Shown here: positions 41,667-54,605 of the stretch, piece after piece | Layout: every line of letters begins with the position of its first letter | Position numbering within the stretch: position 1 is the first letter of the stretch | NCBI GenBank assembly: GCA_951406725.2 | Contig: OX597820.1 | Coordinates: 74,524,001-74,588,000 of the forward strand | Source of the DNA: Octopus vulgaris | Taxonomy: Eukaryota | Length of the DNA stretch: 64,000 bases | Direction: 5' to 3' | Notes under the pieces: model-generated | Told to the model about the DNA's origin: nothing | Database searches by the model: none | What the model saw: only the letters and a program-made list of their open reading frames with translations | Translations under genes and position numbers: made by a program

Positions 41667-43085
41667 ATATGTTCATCCAGCCTATATTTCACATACATTC
41701 GATTCATAAGAAAACCCTAGCTATCGTATGTATATCTAGAGTGCCTGTTGATTAGTGTGTATCATATTCTATAGATCCATTCAAAGACTTTTGTTTGCTG
41801 GAAAATAGAATTACTCTTCTAAGTAAAGCCTTTTGATTATTTACATAACTGAAGACATTCGCTTTCTCTATCTACATATATTTGTCTTTGATGCAAACCG
41901 ATGTGCTTTCTTCGTTACTTTTTGTCGAAATGTTTTATATCCAGAAATGGACATTTGATTCTGCACTCTGAGTTTTAGAACAGTTGCTTTTGATGCATTG
42001 TTTCAATTTATCGATGTCATCCGACCTATATATTAAGTCGAGTTTATCATGTAAACATGATGTGTGTATGTCTGGTATTATTTTTCTATTGTGGCCATAT
42101 AAGACACTACAATCGTAGGCCATAAGAGAAAACCTATTGCTAATGCATCCTCTTGCTCGCAGAATTTGCATTTTGTACAGTGAAACAGCCCCTCATTGTA
42201 TTAAGTGGTATTGTGTTGGGTTTCATTATTGAGATTTTATCTACATTATATTTCTTCCACTGGAACCAACGAGGGTGTGCTGCTGGTGAATGAAGCTGGT
42301 GTAAATAGTAGCCAAATCTCTCTCAAATCACACTCTGCAGGCCTTTAAGAGAAGGAAGGATAAAGTTCATAATATAATTTGTGATTTGCTATATTTGAAT
42401 AAAAAAACAAGATGTAGAACCGAGATGACGGGTGAGAATATATGTAACCATAAGCACACTTCTAAAATACCTGTTTGGCTATAGCCGGAAAATATTTGGC
42501 CACGTCTGCTCAATCAAGTCTGACCTGGGGCCAAATACCAAAAATAGTAACTTTTAAAAACTAAAATGAGAAAATATTTAGATTATAAATTCGTCTCGAT
42601 TAATTAAATACCAGATTATAATTACAACTCCGGTGATAAGGGTTAAGTCGGCAAGATTTGACACAGATTAAAAAAATAGTAGCAACAAAAGACAGTAGCC
42701 TTCGGGCACATTTGGCTTGTTCGATTCTGGTACAAGTTATTTATTTATTTATTTTTTTTGTTTTCGACAAATATGGAATTTAGTCTTTCGTAGTCCAATT
42801 TATCTTCTTCTATTTTTCGTAAAAATTCTAAATTTACATTTCTCCTCATCTTTGGTTTGTGTACTTTTGAGTGCGAACTATCGGCGTCTCAGAATAGGCA
42901 TGTGTGTGTCAGTGTGCTACTGTGTGTTTGTATGTGTGTGTCAGTGTGCTACTGTGTGTTTGTATGTGTGTGTGTGAAACCCTTTCTCAAATGTTCAATT
43001 TATATTTAAGCGCAATTTATAAATTATTTGCTATTTTATGTACGCATATCTCCTACATTTTAATATATATCTGTATATGAATGAC

Positions 43086-43450
43086 GTATGTATGTATGTA
43101 TGTATGTATGTATGTATGTATGTATGTATGTATGTATGTATGTGGGTATGTATTATGTACGTATATATGTATGTAATTATGTATGTATGTATGTATCTGT
43201 GTATGTATGTATGTGTGTGTATGTATATGTGTATGTATGTGTGTATGTATGCATGTATGTATGTATGTATGTATGTATGTATGTATGTATGTATGTGGGT
43301 ATGTATTATGTACGTATATATGTATCTAATTATGTATGTATGTATGTATCTGTGTATGTATGTATGTGTGTGTATGTATATGTGTATGTATGTGTGTATG
43401 TATGTATGTATGTATGTATGTATGTATGTATGTATGTATGTATGTATGTA
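43086..43450. repeat. (TATG)n satellite with ~153-bp higher-order duplication
   Basis: tgtgggtatgtattatgtacg at 43141 and 43294. Confidence 0.9.
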
Positions 43451-43468
43451 TAACTGTATGTAAGTATA

Positions 43469-43668
43469 TACTCTTTACTCTTTTACCCCTTTACTTGTTT
43501 CAGTCATGTGACTGTAGCCTTGCTGGAGCACCGCCTTTAGTCGAGCAAATCTACCCCAGGACTTATTCTTTGTAAACCTAGTACTTATTCTATCGGTTTC
43601 TTTTGCCGAACCCCTAAGTGACAGGGACGTAAACACACCAGCATCGGTTGTCAAGCGATGTTGGGAGG
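43469..43668 (-). mobile_element. SINE group 1, 3' half
   Basis: Revcomp of tail module. Confidence 0.82.
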
Positions 43669-44171
43669 AAAACATATATGTGGATGCACACGCACATGCG
43701 CAAACATGCATTTCATTTCCTTTTACTCAGATGGTTCTAGGACGAATTTCTCTCTAAAAGGTGGCTAGTGATAGTAAGACTAGAACTAAGTACACAAAGA
43801 CTAAATACAAATAGTGCAAGACATCTTTTCTGATTCTCAAAGTATTCTTCCCATTTACTTGTCAGGTCTGGCCATATGTTTTTCGACCCTGGATGGATGA
43901 AAAGTAACGTTAACCTCGGGGCGATTGGAACACAAAATGCAAAGATTTGGAGTAGATACCACAAAGCATTTAATCCCATACCTAAACGACTACCGATTCA
44001 CTGATTTACAAACGCTTACACACTCTCTCTCTCTCTCATACACACACACATAAATACACCCACACCCACGCACAGATACCTATATAAATATATGTGTATC
44101 TCATTCTACTTATATCTATTTCTCTCTGTCTAACTCCCTGCTTCTCTCTTTCTCTCTCTCTCTATGTATAC

Positions 44172-44273
<102 letters not shown>

Positions 44274-45244
44274 ATATATATATACATATATATGTGTATA
44301 TATATATACTCATATATACACAGACACAGACAGACGCGCACACACACATATATATATTTATATACATACATATATATGAACTATTTTTATGATTATTATT
44401 ATTATTATTATTATCATTATTATTACTATATTAGGAGTTTGTCAAGATTGAGGAAATTCCGGTGAATGACTGCTGCTTGCTTAATTTCTTCGGTGTTGGT
44501 AGATAATTACAAAACACAAACACGAATATGATGAATAACAACAAAACATGTTATTCACTGACTTTAATACCATACAAGAAATACGGACGTAATTATTCAA
44601 CGCGAAAAGGAAACGGGGAATTGAATCGTCAGAATACAGAGTTTTCTGTTTTTATTATGTAATTTTATAGATTTGTTTCTCACCAATTAAGCGAATACGG
44701 AAGTGCTTCTTCATATGTTTTAATTAAATGTTGAAGGAAACCAATATAAGATGTGCTATTAGCTGTAAAATCGATGTCTGTATTCAGTAAAGTAGGATAT
44801 TCAACCGGGGAGATTTGGCAGATATTTCTGACCATACATAACCTTCTTTTGTAAAAAGAAGAAGAAAAAAAAAATAATGTTGCAGGAGAGACAAGTAATT
44901 AAAATTTAGTTGTGTTTTATTTGACAATCTTATATTTTCGACAATTATTACTCACTAATTACTATCTATTTACAAGTGCTATCAGAATATTAATTGGTTC
45001 GTTTTCTTCTAGTTTTAACATTAAATCTAAAAGGTCGTTGTTACTATATTTCGACCAGTGTAAAAATGAGGGGCTTTGTGTGTGTGTATGTGTGTGTGTT
45101 TGTGTGTTGTCCTCTTTGCATATTTTACTTGTATTCGGTCTTATCCTTGCACTTTTGTACCGTTCCCTTTCTCTCTCTTTCATATATACACAAATGTGTG
45201 TATGTGTATGTTGTGTGTATATATGTGTGTGTGCGTGCATATAT

Positions 45245-45390
45245 ATATATAGTTGAAATTTACAAAAAAACAAAAAACAAACAAAAGACGAAGGTGGGTG
45301 TGTAAACAACAAACAGATCTATTAGTTTAAGGCGCGAGAAGTGAGAGAGTCTTTTACGTTTCGCGCCTACGCTCTTGAACAGAAAGGAAC
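45245..45390 (-). mobile_element. Short Penelope/retrozyme-like repeat with hammerhead-like motif (45351-45386)
   Basis: cttt-CTGTTCA-a-gagc.gtag.gcgc-GAAACGTA-aaag; flank homologous to 58835-58972. Confidence 0.55.
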
Positions 45391-45756
45391 ACGAGAAAAT
45401 AAAATAATGGTTTAGTGGCTAGTGATCAATCATGGCGAATGAGATATATATATATATACATGTGCGATTATGCTTGTGTATGTGTATGCATGTATATATA
45501 TAATATAAATAAATATATTTGGAATACAAAATGACTGATCGTTATTAAGGAGGGACACAAAAAAGAAAGAAGACTGCAAAGGACCACGGATGAGGTCACA
45601 GATATGTAACGAAAAAAATCTCTGGCCGAAATACAATTAACATAAAATAAATTTGAAGCAAGTGAACACCAAATATATAGTGCGTGTGTTTTCATTGGCT
45701 AAACTGGCAGCATGACCGTCCCCAAATACAACAATATATATATATATATATATAAA

Positions 45757-45791
<35 letters not shown>

Positions 45792-46660
45792 AATATATAA
45801 ATATATATATATATGTATATATATATATATGTATGCATGTATGTATGTATGTATGTATGCATGTATGTATGTTCGTATATACGTACGTTTGCTTTTTCTA
45901 ATTCTTCCTTTCGTCTCTATCTCCATAGCTGGTCAAAGCCGTTGGGTGGGAGATTCTGGACTTGACAAAAATATATTCAATTTCCTTGGTGATATAGCAC
46001 TTTTCCCGTACCTTGAGTCTGTAGAACTGACAAACTACAGGCGGCGGTGCATTAGCAGCAGCAGCAGCAGTCACTGTAGAAGTGAAGATTATCCCTCTTT
46101 CGCCCTCTTATTATATCTGCTGTTCATGCCTGTGGCTTGCTTTCCTCTTTTGATTACCCTGTGGTGCTGGTAGAAAGCTGTCAAATATCTTTACCCCCGA
46201 GTAAGCCTTGCGGTTTTTTCGAGATCTTGTAGATTTGAATATGTTTGCAGGCACCAATTAAACATATGTTCTTGCGTGCAACCGCCACGGTCTCCAACTG
46301 CCCGCACTGTGCATTAAAACAAAGGAAACGACAGACAAAGAGCCGACGTTTGTATCAATGTCTTTCACTTCCACGCTATTATTTCGTCACCCGATATTTT
46401 GCTACATCATTTTGTGTTTAATTCAAGAAGAAAATTACTGAACATTGTCGAAGAGAAAATAAACGCTGTAACAATTCGAATGATGCCTTACTTTACTCTG
46501 TACAAAGACATAAAACCTAAAGAAAGGCAAGCATATGTTTTTTTTATCACGTTAATTAAAATACATGGTAACTAAAAGTACAGGCTTCTAAGTTTACCTT
46601 ACATTTATATCCTAACTCTATGTAGTACTGCTCTAAATACGCAAGCACACATGCGTACAA

Positions 46661-46741
<81 letters not shown>

Positions 46742-47257
46742 TGTGTGTATGTGTGTGTGTATGTGTGTGTGTGTATGTGTGTGTATGGAAAAAGTCAAGG
46801 TAGAAAATGCTAAAATAATTTTATAAAAAACATCATTTTAGTAACGGTTTCGGTCATTGAGTCTTTTCAACTCTAAGTATGGAAAAAAATAAATTTTGGA
46901 AAAATTAAATAAAAAAGTTTTTAAAAGAATATTTGCATAGTATTCAAATACAAGGGGCATTTTCCTTGTTTCTGTCTGTCTCTGTCTGAGTATGTATACT
47001 CAAATGTATTTGGTGAATACACACACGTGTATGAGTGGTACAGATTAGCGGGTGGAAAAGCAGGTAACTTCATATGTGAATATATATAATCATATAGAAA
47101 CAAATTAGCAATTGAGCAACTGAGCAAATTGGTAACAAAGTGAGTGGATGTACAGGTATATATATATATATAACTAATATATAGATATATGCATATATAC
47201 ATGCATATATATACATAACTACATATATATATATATGTATATATATACATGCATATA

Positions 47258-47440
47258 TGGGTACAGGACATCAAAAAGCGTTGAACACAATGAGAAAGGA
47301 AAACATAAAAACAAAAACATAGAAACGAACTCTTTTTCGAACAACAAAAAAAACAAACAAACAGAGAAACGAGACATATAACATAAAGAATATTCCCCTT
47401 CTTCAGTTATCCCTGTTTCATCTACTCCACGTTCCGGAGG
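47258..47440 (+). mobile_element. Repeat homologous (inverted) to 60360-60520, possibly Penelope pLTR-like
   Basis: Shared gtacaggaca..aaaa..cgt.gaacaca and ccccttcttcagt..tttcatctactc.acgtt. Confidence 0.55.
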
Positions 47441-47540
47441 CAATATATATATATATATATATATAAATGTGATCGCGTGTGTACCGTTGGCGATTTTTTT
47501 TTCCTCCGTCTTCCCTTCTCTGGATCTTTCCTTTTCCTAT

Positions 47541-47575
47541 GTTTCTGACGAAGAGCTCCGCTCGAAACGCAAAAC
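47541..47575 (+). ncRNA. Minimal type I hammerhead-like motif
   Basis: gttt-CTGACGA-a-gagc.tcc.gctc-GAAAC-GCA-aaac; canonical core, perfect stems I and II; GCA instead of GTH at the cleavage site. Confidence 0.65.
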
Positions 47576-47674
47576 CCTCCTTCTTCCCTTCCTTCCTGAG
47601 CGTCCAAGAATACTATACTTGTTCCACGTCCTCGCGTTGTTGTGTTTTCTCTTTGTGTTTTCATGTTTGGATTA

Positions 47675-47711
<37 letters not shown>

Positions 47712-49120
47712 TTTTATTTGTTTCAATCATTTGTAAGCCTAGTATTCTATCGATCACTTTTGCGGACCGCTAAGTTATGAGGACGTAAACACAATAACCT
47801 TGCAAGCCTTCATATTCTCTGATGTCCACAAACAACCTCAGAACCGTTCTATGTAATGGACGTTGAAGGAAGGGTATTGAGATTGGTAGTATAGGGCATG
47901 AAGCCTAGTCGTGACACATTTAGCAACAGTCATCTGAGGATTTCAGCTGCTGGGAAATCTATCGTCTTGTGATGGGTGGGAGATATTCGTAAGTGAAAAA
48001 GATTCCCCACCACATGCAGGAAAAAAAACTGGAGAGGGTGGGAAAGAGGAGAAATACAATGTATACAACTAATAAATTCTATAAGAAAACAGCCAAAATC
48101 TTTGAGCTGATCCCCAATTCTTTAGAATAAGGCCAAGAAATACCTTTATGGGATTTACAGTTGACTCAGTCCTGAGACGAATATTTCTTTGATGTCTTAA
48201 ACCAAATAATACCGGAATATAGAAATACTTGAAATGACAAACTTAAAAATATAGTACGATGTATTGAAGCAGACTGAAATATTGCTCATGGGAAAATTAT
48301 TGATGGGAACCCATGGGTACATACACTGTAGTGATAAAACTGGCAAGTAGACAATGACGATGACGACTGCTCCAAGCTGGCCTAACCAGGAGTTTTTCAA
48401 TCGTTGTCTGTGTAGATAGCCCAAATGCAGATTCCTTTAACACAGTTTGTCCGTGATGGGAAATATGTTATCAAGGGCGAGAGAATCTCTTTTCAGACGA
48501 ATTTGAACATCCTGTGTATTTATCTTTTAAATTAGACATCTTTTAATGTTTTCTTTTTTTGTTTCATACTAAATAAAACCCTTATTTTTTTTTTGCACTC
48601 TTTTTTCTTCTTTTCTTATTTTTACTTTTCGAAAAATGTATTCTCCATTGGTTGCTTTTTATAGATTTTTATTAAATGTATTCACTTATCCTTAAACATT
48701 TTTTTAAAGTGCTACCATTGTATGGAGGATCCTGACTCACCTCTTTCGTTCATATTTGAACTTGTTTGTCCTAATCCACACGATTTACAAATTCCCTTAT
48801 CGATTCATATTTCATGTGAATGAATCAACTGAATGGAATTGCACTCAATAACAGAATAAAATATTATTTTAATCATTCTTGTAATATTTCTCATAATATT
48901 TTGCAAAATTTTTGAATGGAGAATTGTCTAAACGTGTTGCAGTATAGAGAGACTTAACAACTGTATAAACTACACATTTAGACAACTTACTCTATTAGCC
49001 TCGAGCGTCGTAATCTTCACCACACATCTAGTCGTCTTAATTTTCTTCTCTCTGATTCTACTTTAAAATTTTCTTTCGTCATTGTTATCGTCAACGGCTC
49101 GAAATTAATGCATTTTCTTC

Positions 49121-49750
49121 AAGGCGGCGAGCTGGCAGAAACGTTAGCACGCCGGGCGAAATGCTTAGGGGTATTTCGTTTGCCGCTACGTTCCGAGTTC
49201 AAATTCTGCCGAGGTAGACTTTGCCTTTCATCCTTTCGGGGTTGATTAAATAAGTACCAGTTACGCACTGGGGTCGATGTAATCGCCTTAATCCCTTTGT
49301 CTGTCCTTGTTTGTCCCGTCTATGTTTAGCCCCTTGTGGGTAGTAAAGAAATAGGTATTTCATCTGCCACTACGTTCTGAGTTCAAATTCCACTGACGTT
49401 GACTTTGCCTTTCATTCTTTCGGGGGTCCATAAATTAAGTACCAGTTGCATACTGGAGTCTATCTAATCGTCTGCCCCTCCCTCCCCAAAAATGCCGGGC
49501 CTTGTGCCAAGAGTAGAAAAGATTATACTGAATCAAAAAGGCGGCAAGATGGCAGAATCGTTAGCATGCTGGATGAAATTCTTAGCGGTACTTCGCCGTC
49601 GCTACGTTCTGAGTTCAAATTCCGCCGAGGTTGACTTTGCCTTTCATCCTTTCGGTGGCGATAAATTAAGTACCAGTTGCATACTGACGTCGATCTAATC
49701 GTCTGTCCTCATCCCCCAAAATTTCGGCCCTTTCACCTAGAGTAGAAAAA
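49121..49750 (+). mobile_element. Tandem SINE group 2 copies (49121-49518 with internal duplication; 49538-49750)
   Basis: aaggcggcgagctggcagaa head; repeated ctacgttctgagttcaaattcc...gactttgcctttcatcctttcgg module. Confidence 0.88.
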
Positions 49751-50427
49751 GATTAATGCATTTTCTTCCTAAACTTCGTTTCCTTCTCTTCCTCTTTCCT
49801 CCGTCTCCTCCCCTTCCTCCTGCTGCTACTATTAACCATCATTGTAATCATCCTGTTCATCGTCATCATCATCAGCCATGCATCTTCATGTTCAACATGA
49901 TCCATACATAATCATCTTCATCGCCATTGTTATTCTTTGTATTTACTCATAAATTCATCATCAACAACATCATCCAAACCTCGTCATAATTATCGTCAGC
50001 CGCAGTAATATACATGTATCATCATCATCATCCTCAAAACCACCACAACCACTATCATCATCATTTTATCCATCAGCAGCATCACCACCACCACCACCAT
50101 TAACATCGTTTTACCATTTCGTAGTAAAATGTCTTTTTTAAATGGAAACTATATTTAGCTTGGCCAATGTTTGCCAACACAAAGGTTGTATTGACTAAAT
50201 TTACTATATTTTATTTGAGATGTGCCTTCTCTGTAAACAGGGATTGTACGAGCGTTTGTTTTCCCCAATATCTAATCTCTTAACCTCAATCCTTTTCAAA
50301 GTTAAAGGTCGCAATAAATACATGATTATAAAACGTGTTCAGGGATACGGATCGAGACAATCGCTAAGCTTATATGTCTGTTTATAAACGCATGTACGTA
50401 CGTATCTCTCTATCGTATATCAGTGCC

Positions 50428-50508
50428 ATACATACATACATACATACATACATACATACACACACACATACATACATACATACATACATACATACATACA
50501 TACATACA

Positions 50509-50536
<28 letters not shown>
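50428..50536. repeat. (TACA)n microsatellite
   Basis: Direct reading. Confidence 0.95.
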
Positions 50537-50539
<3 letters not shown>

Positions 50540-51130
50540 TCTGAAATGCGAATAGGGAAAAACCGTAGCGATGGTATATTTTACACAGATCAATAATTGC
50601 AGTGTGCTTGAGCTTCTTTGTATCATTACGGTTCTCTATGGAGGTGAATGTCAAGGATCACTTATGATTAAATTGAATATTAAAATATAGTTTGGCAATA
50701 CAGCTTCAAAATAATTGGACGAAGGAATTTTGTTTGGCATTGAAATGAAATAGAGAGAATACAAATACTGCTAGCATGCGGAAAACAGTGACTTCATTTT
50801 TATCAGCAACAATGCAAATAATAAACAATCGTTTTAAGGCTGTGTGATTATTGGTTATGCATTTGGAAATTTCCTCAGTAATGCACAGACATGGTAAAAG
50901 ATATTTTTTTTCTTTTTATTGTCCAGATACTCCACTTATTGTAGATATATATGCAAACGACCTCGCTCCACGCCAGTAATGTGCAAATGGATGGGCCATT
51001 GGATGATTTTGCTTTGAGCTGAAAAATATACTGGGTGGTTATGGCTGGAAGTCTTTGCCTTTTGAACCTTTTGGTGTCAATAAAATAGTGGTTGATAAGT
51101 AGGATTTTTTTTATTCCCTGCCTATTCTTC

Positions 51131-51181
<51 letters not shown>

Positions 51182-52752
51182 TTTCTCTCTCTTCGTCTCT
51201 GATTGGAATACATTTCTCAGGAAGATTGGCTGTGGGAAATCCGTTATGGCACCATATCTGCCTAGTATTGAACAAAAGACTCTACACTGTGGCTAGGGCT
51301 AGACCTGTGAGAAATAGTAACGCACCGTCTTAAAAAAAAGGCGGAAGGATTTTTATGTAAAATAGTTGTGGATATCATTAAGAAAATAATGGTTAAATTT
51401 GAAACAACTTTCGTCGTATATCTGCTCAATGAAAGCTGATGTGAGTTGACATCATCATCATCAACATTATAATCATTGTCTTCATAAAGAACAGTAACAA
51501 AAATATTAATGAAATGAACCTGAATTTGAAAGAAATATTCATGATGTAAAAGGCAGCGAATTCGTAGTCTCTGGAGATATCGGATTGAATAACATGCAGT
51601 ATTTGTTCGGGCAGGCTAGTATTCATGTACACAAATCCCAAACAAGAGAACTTGACCTTTTATCCTTTCTGGGGACAATAAACAATATACTATTACTAAA
51701 TGGTAAACTGGGAGAACTTTTAGAGTGTTGGACGAGAATCCTTGATGTTTCTGTTCTGTATCTTTGAGTTCTGAGCTCAAATTCCAATTCTGAGCTCAAA
51801 TGGACAGGTAGACCAAAAGCAAGTATTAATAACTATACTATAACCTGACAATTACTTATTGAGGTTTTATCCAGCAGTGGATCGATAACGTTTGAATGGA
51901 GCAGAGTGATTGCCGGTAAATAGTAAGATTTCTACTCAATAACATTACGTTTTTCACTCAATTTGAAGGCAACGTTATTTGCTCCGCTTTGTGAAGTTGT
52001 ATTTCCTCCACCTAAGCGAAGGCAGAGGTATTGTTTTCAGTCTTGTTTGTTTGTTTGTTTGTCTGTGGACAAGATAAAGAATTTTATTTTTCGTGTCTAT
52101 AGTCATGAAAGTTAGGTAATGATCGAAAGAGTATAATCATGAATACATGTGACCGACATGGAATTCTTGTAGAGGATCTGTAGTGTAACGTTACTCGATG
52201 AGTAGCTCAGAGATCAGGGACTCTCTCCCTCAAGAGCCATACTTCTCTTCACTGAAATGTTACAACTCCAGTACTATGGACATGTGATTGTAAAACGGAT
52301 TCTTCAAACCGATTTAACCAGCAGAAAACTGAAGGGTAGTTCAATCATAAGATGGCTGGGTATTATCCATAGTCTTTGTTGTTTACTCCTGGGACTCTAG
52401 AAAGAAGGTGTAATGTCCGTTACTACTAAATATGACGCCATGGAGGAGATGCTTGAAGAGTCTACCCCAACGAATCGCCTAAGAATAAGGAGTGGAAGTG
52501 AATGGAAGCTGTGTAACATTCCATCTTATATAACGCGTGGGTTTGTGTTTCCCTTGATGACCGGAGCTGCTTTGTGTACGTTCCCGTGACCTAGAGGTTT
52601 TGAAAAGATACCGATAGAATAAGTAACAGTCTACAAATAAAGGCTGGGATCAATTTGTCTGACTAAATCCTTCAAGGCATTGTTCCAGCATGTCCGCTGT
52701 CCAATGACTGAAAAATGTAAAATGTAGAACATACGAAACGATGTGGTTTTTA

Positions 52753-52976
52753 TACTCTTTTACTCTTTTACTTGTGTCAGTCATTTGACTGCGGTCATGC
52801 TGGAGCACCACCTTTAGTCGAGCAAATCGACCCCAGAACTTATTCTTTGTAAGCCTAGTACTTATTCTATCGGTTGCCCTTTTGCCGAACCGCTATGTTA
52901 CGGGGACGTAAACACACCAGCATCAGTTGTCAAGCGATGCTGGGAGGATAAACACAGACACAAACACACACACACA

Positions 52977-53071
<95 letters not shown>

Positions 53072-53230
53072 GATGGGCCTCTTTCAGTTTCCATCTACCA
53101 AATCCACTCACAAGGCTTTGGTCGGCCCGAGGCTATACTAGAAGACACTTGCCCAAGTTGCCACGCAGTGGGACTGAACCCAGAACCATGTGTTTGGTAA
53201 GCAAGCTACTTACCACATAGCCACTCCTGT
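52753..53230 (-). mobile_element. Full-length SINE group 1
   Basis: Revcomp of 24064-24477. Confidence 0.9.
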
Positions 53231-53449
53231 GTCTATATTATAACTAATATTCTTACAAAAATTCAGCTTGTTTGGAATATTTTCATTTGGAAACTTGTGC
53301 CCGGAAAGAAAAAAAAAACGTTATTTAATCATAGATCGGTTTATTTGAGGATGATATGGAGCTAAAGAACAACGACGACAAGATCAAGAGGAATTACATC
53401 AGCGAAAATAATATCAATGACATCGACATCAAACAACAGAGACGAAACA

Positions 53450-53690
53450 ACCATCACCACCATCACCACCACCATCATCATCATCATCATCATCATCACT
53501 AACGCCTCCACCAACGTCACCGCCATCATCATCACTATCGCCATCGACACTGCCAACAACTGCCGTCGCTACCACTGCCATCGCCACCACCACCACCACC
53601 ACCACCACCACCACCACCACCACCACCACCACCAACCGACGCCGACGCCACTAATACCGTCGTTACCATGTCCACCACCATCATCGTAAA
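53450..53690. repeat. (CAT)/(CAC)n low-complexity tract
   Basis: Direct reading. Confidence 0.85.
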
Positions 53691-54254
53691 CTAAAACCAT
53701 GGCAACAATAGCAATAACGTTAATAGGAAGAAGAACATGAAGAAATATATATTTTCCACCAATAATTACCAAAGAAAATAATAAGCAATCAATTTTCATT
53801 TATCAGATCAAGTGATTTTGTTTGTTTTTTTAAAAAAAAAATTTTTTATTCCTTTTATTTTTGATTTTTTTTTTTATTTTTGTAATTTCAAATAGCTGAA
53901 CAAAAATAAGAATTCCCCCTTGAGTAATAGGTTCATCGGTAGCAACATCATCATTATCATCATCTCCATGAAGACTACAAGAAAGCAGGACCTCAAGCAC
54001 CAGCGGCGACAGCAGCGTTACTACGTCCGACATTATTGATAATTGTGTTGCATGAAATATTAATAAAATTGATTTAATTTTGACAAATATTTGATTTGTG
54101 TTGTTGCTCATATTTTGGTTTGTTGCTGTTGTTGTTGGTCGTGTTTTCGCTTGTTATTTCTGTTGTTGCCGCGGTCTTGTGATATTTTCTATTATTGTTA
54201 CAGATGCTATTATCTTGTTTTTTTTTTCTGTCAATTTTACGATCGATCTTGTTT

Positions 54255-54605
54255 CTGTTGTTGCTAATTTTAATTTTCTTGATAGCCTCGATAAACTGCT
54301 TTTGCTAACTTGAATTATTTCTTTTCGGCTAGCCGCATTAAGCTGTTGTTGCTAATTTTGATTTTCTTGATAGCCACGATAAGCTGATGTTGTTAATCTT
54401 TCTTCGTAGCGCCGCTAAGTTGCTGTCGCTAATTTTGATTTTATAGTTAGCCACGCTAAACTGTTGAGCTGCTGTTGCTAGCGTTAATTTTTTGCTTTTG
54501 CTAACCACATTAAGCTGCTGTCGCTAATTCTGATTTTCTAGTTGGCCACGATAAGCTCTTGTCAATTTTTTTGTTAGCACCGCTAAGCTGCCGTTGCTAG
54601 TTTTT
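54255..54605. repeat. Diverged ~40-bp minisatellite
   Basis: Unit approx aagctgttgttgctaattttgattttcttgatagccacgat, about 8-9 copies. Confidence 0.8.

Noticed and set aside
52005-52075. Helentron/MITE-like end with (GTTT)n
   Set aside because: Only one short end visible; no partner terminus
54255-54605. CRISPR-like array
   Set aside because: Units are diverged tandem copies without unique spacers; eukaryotic context; no cas genes
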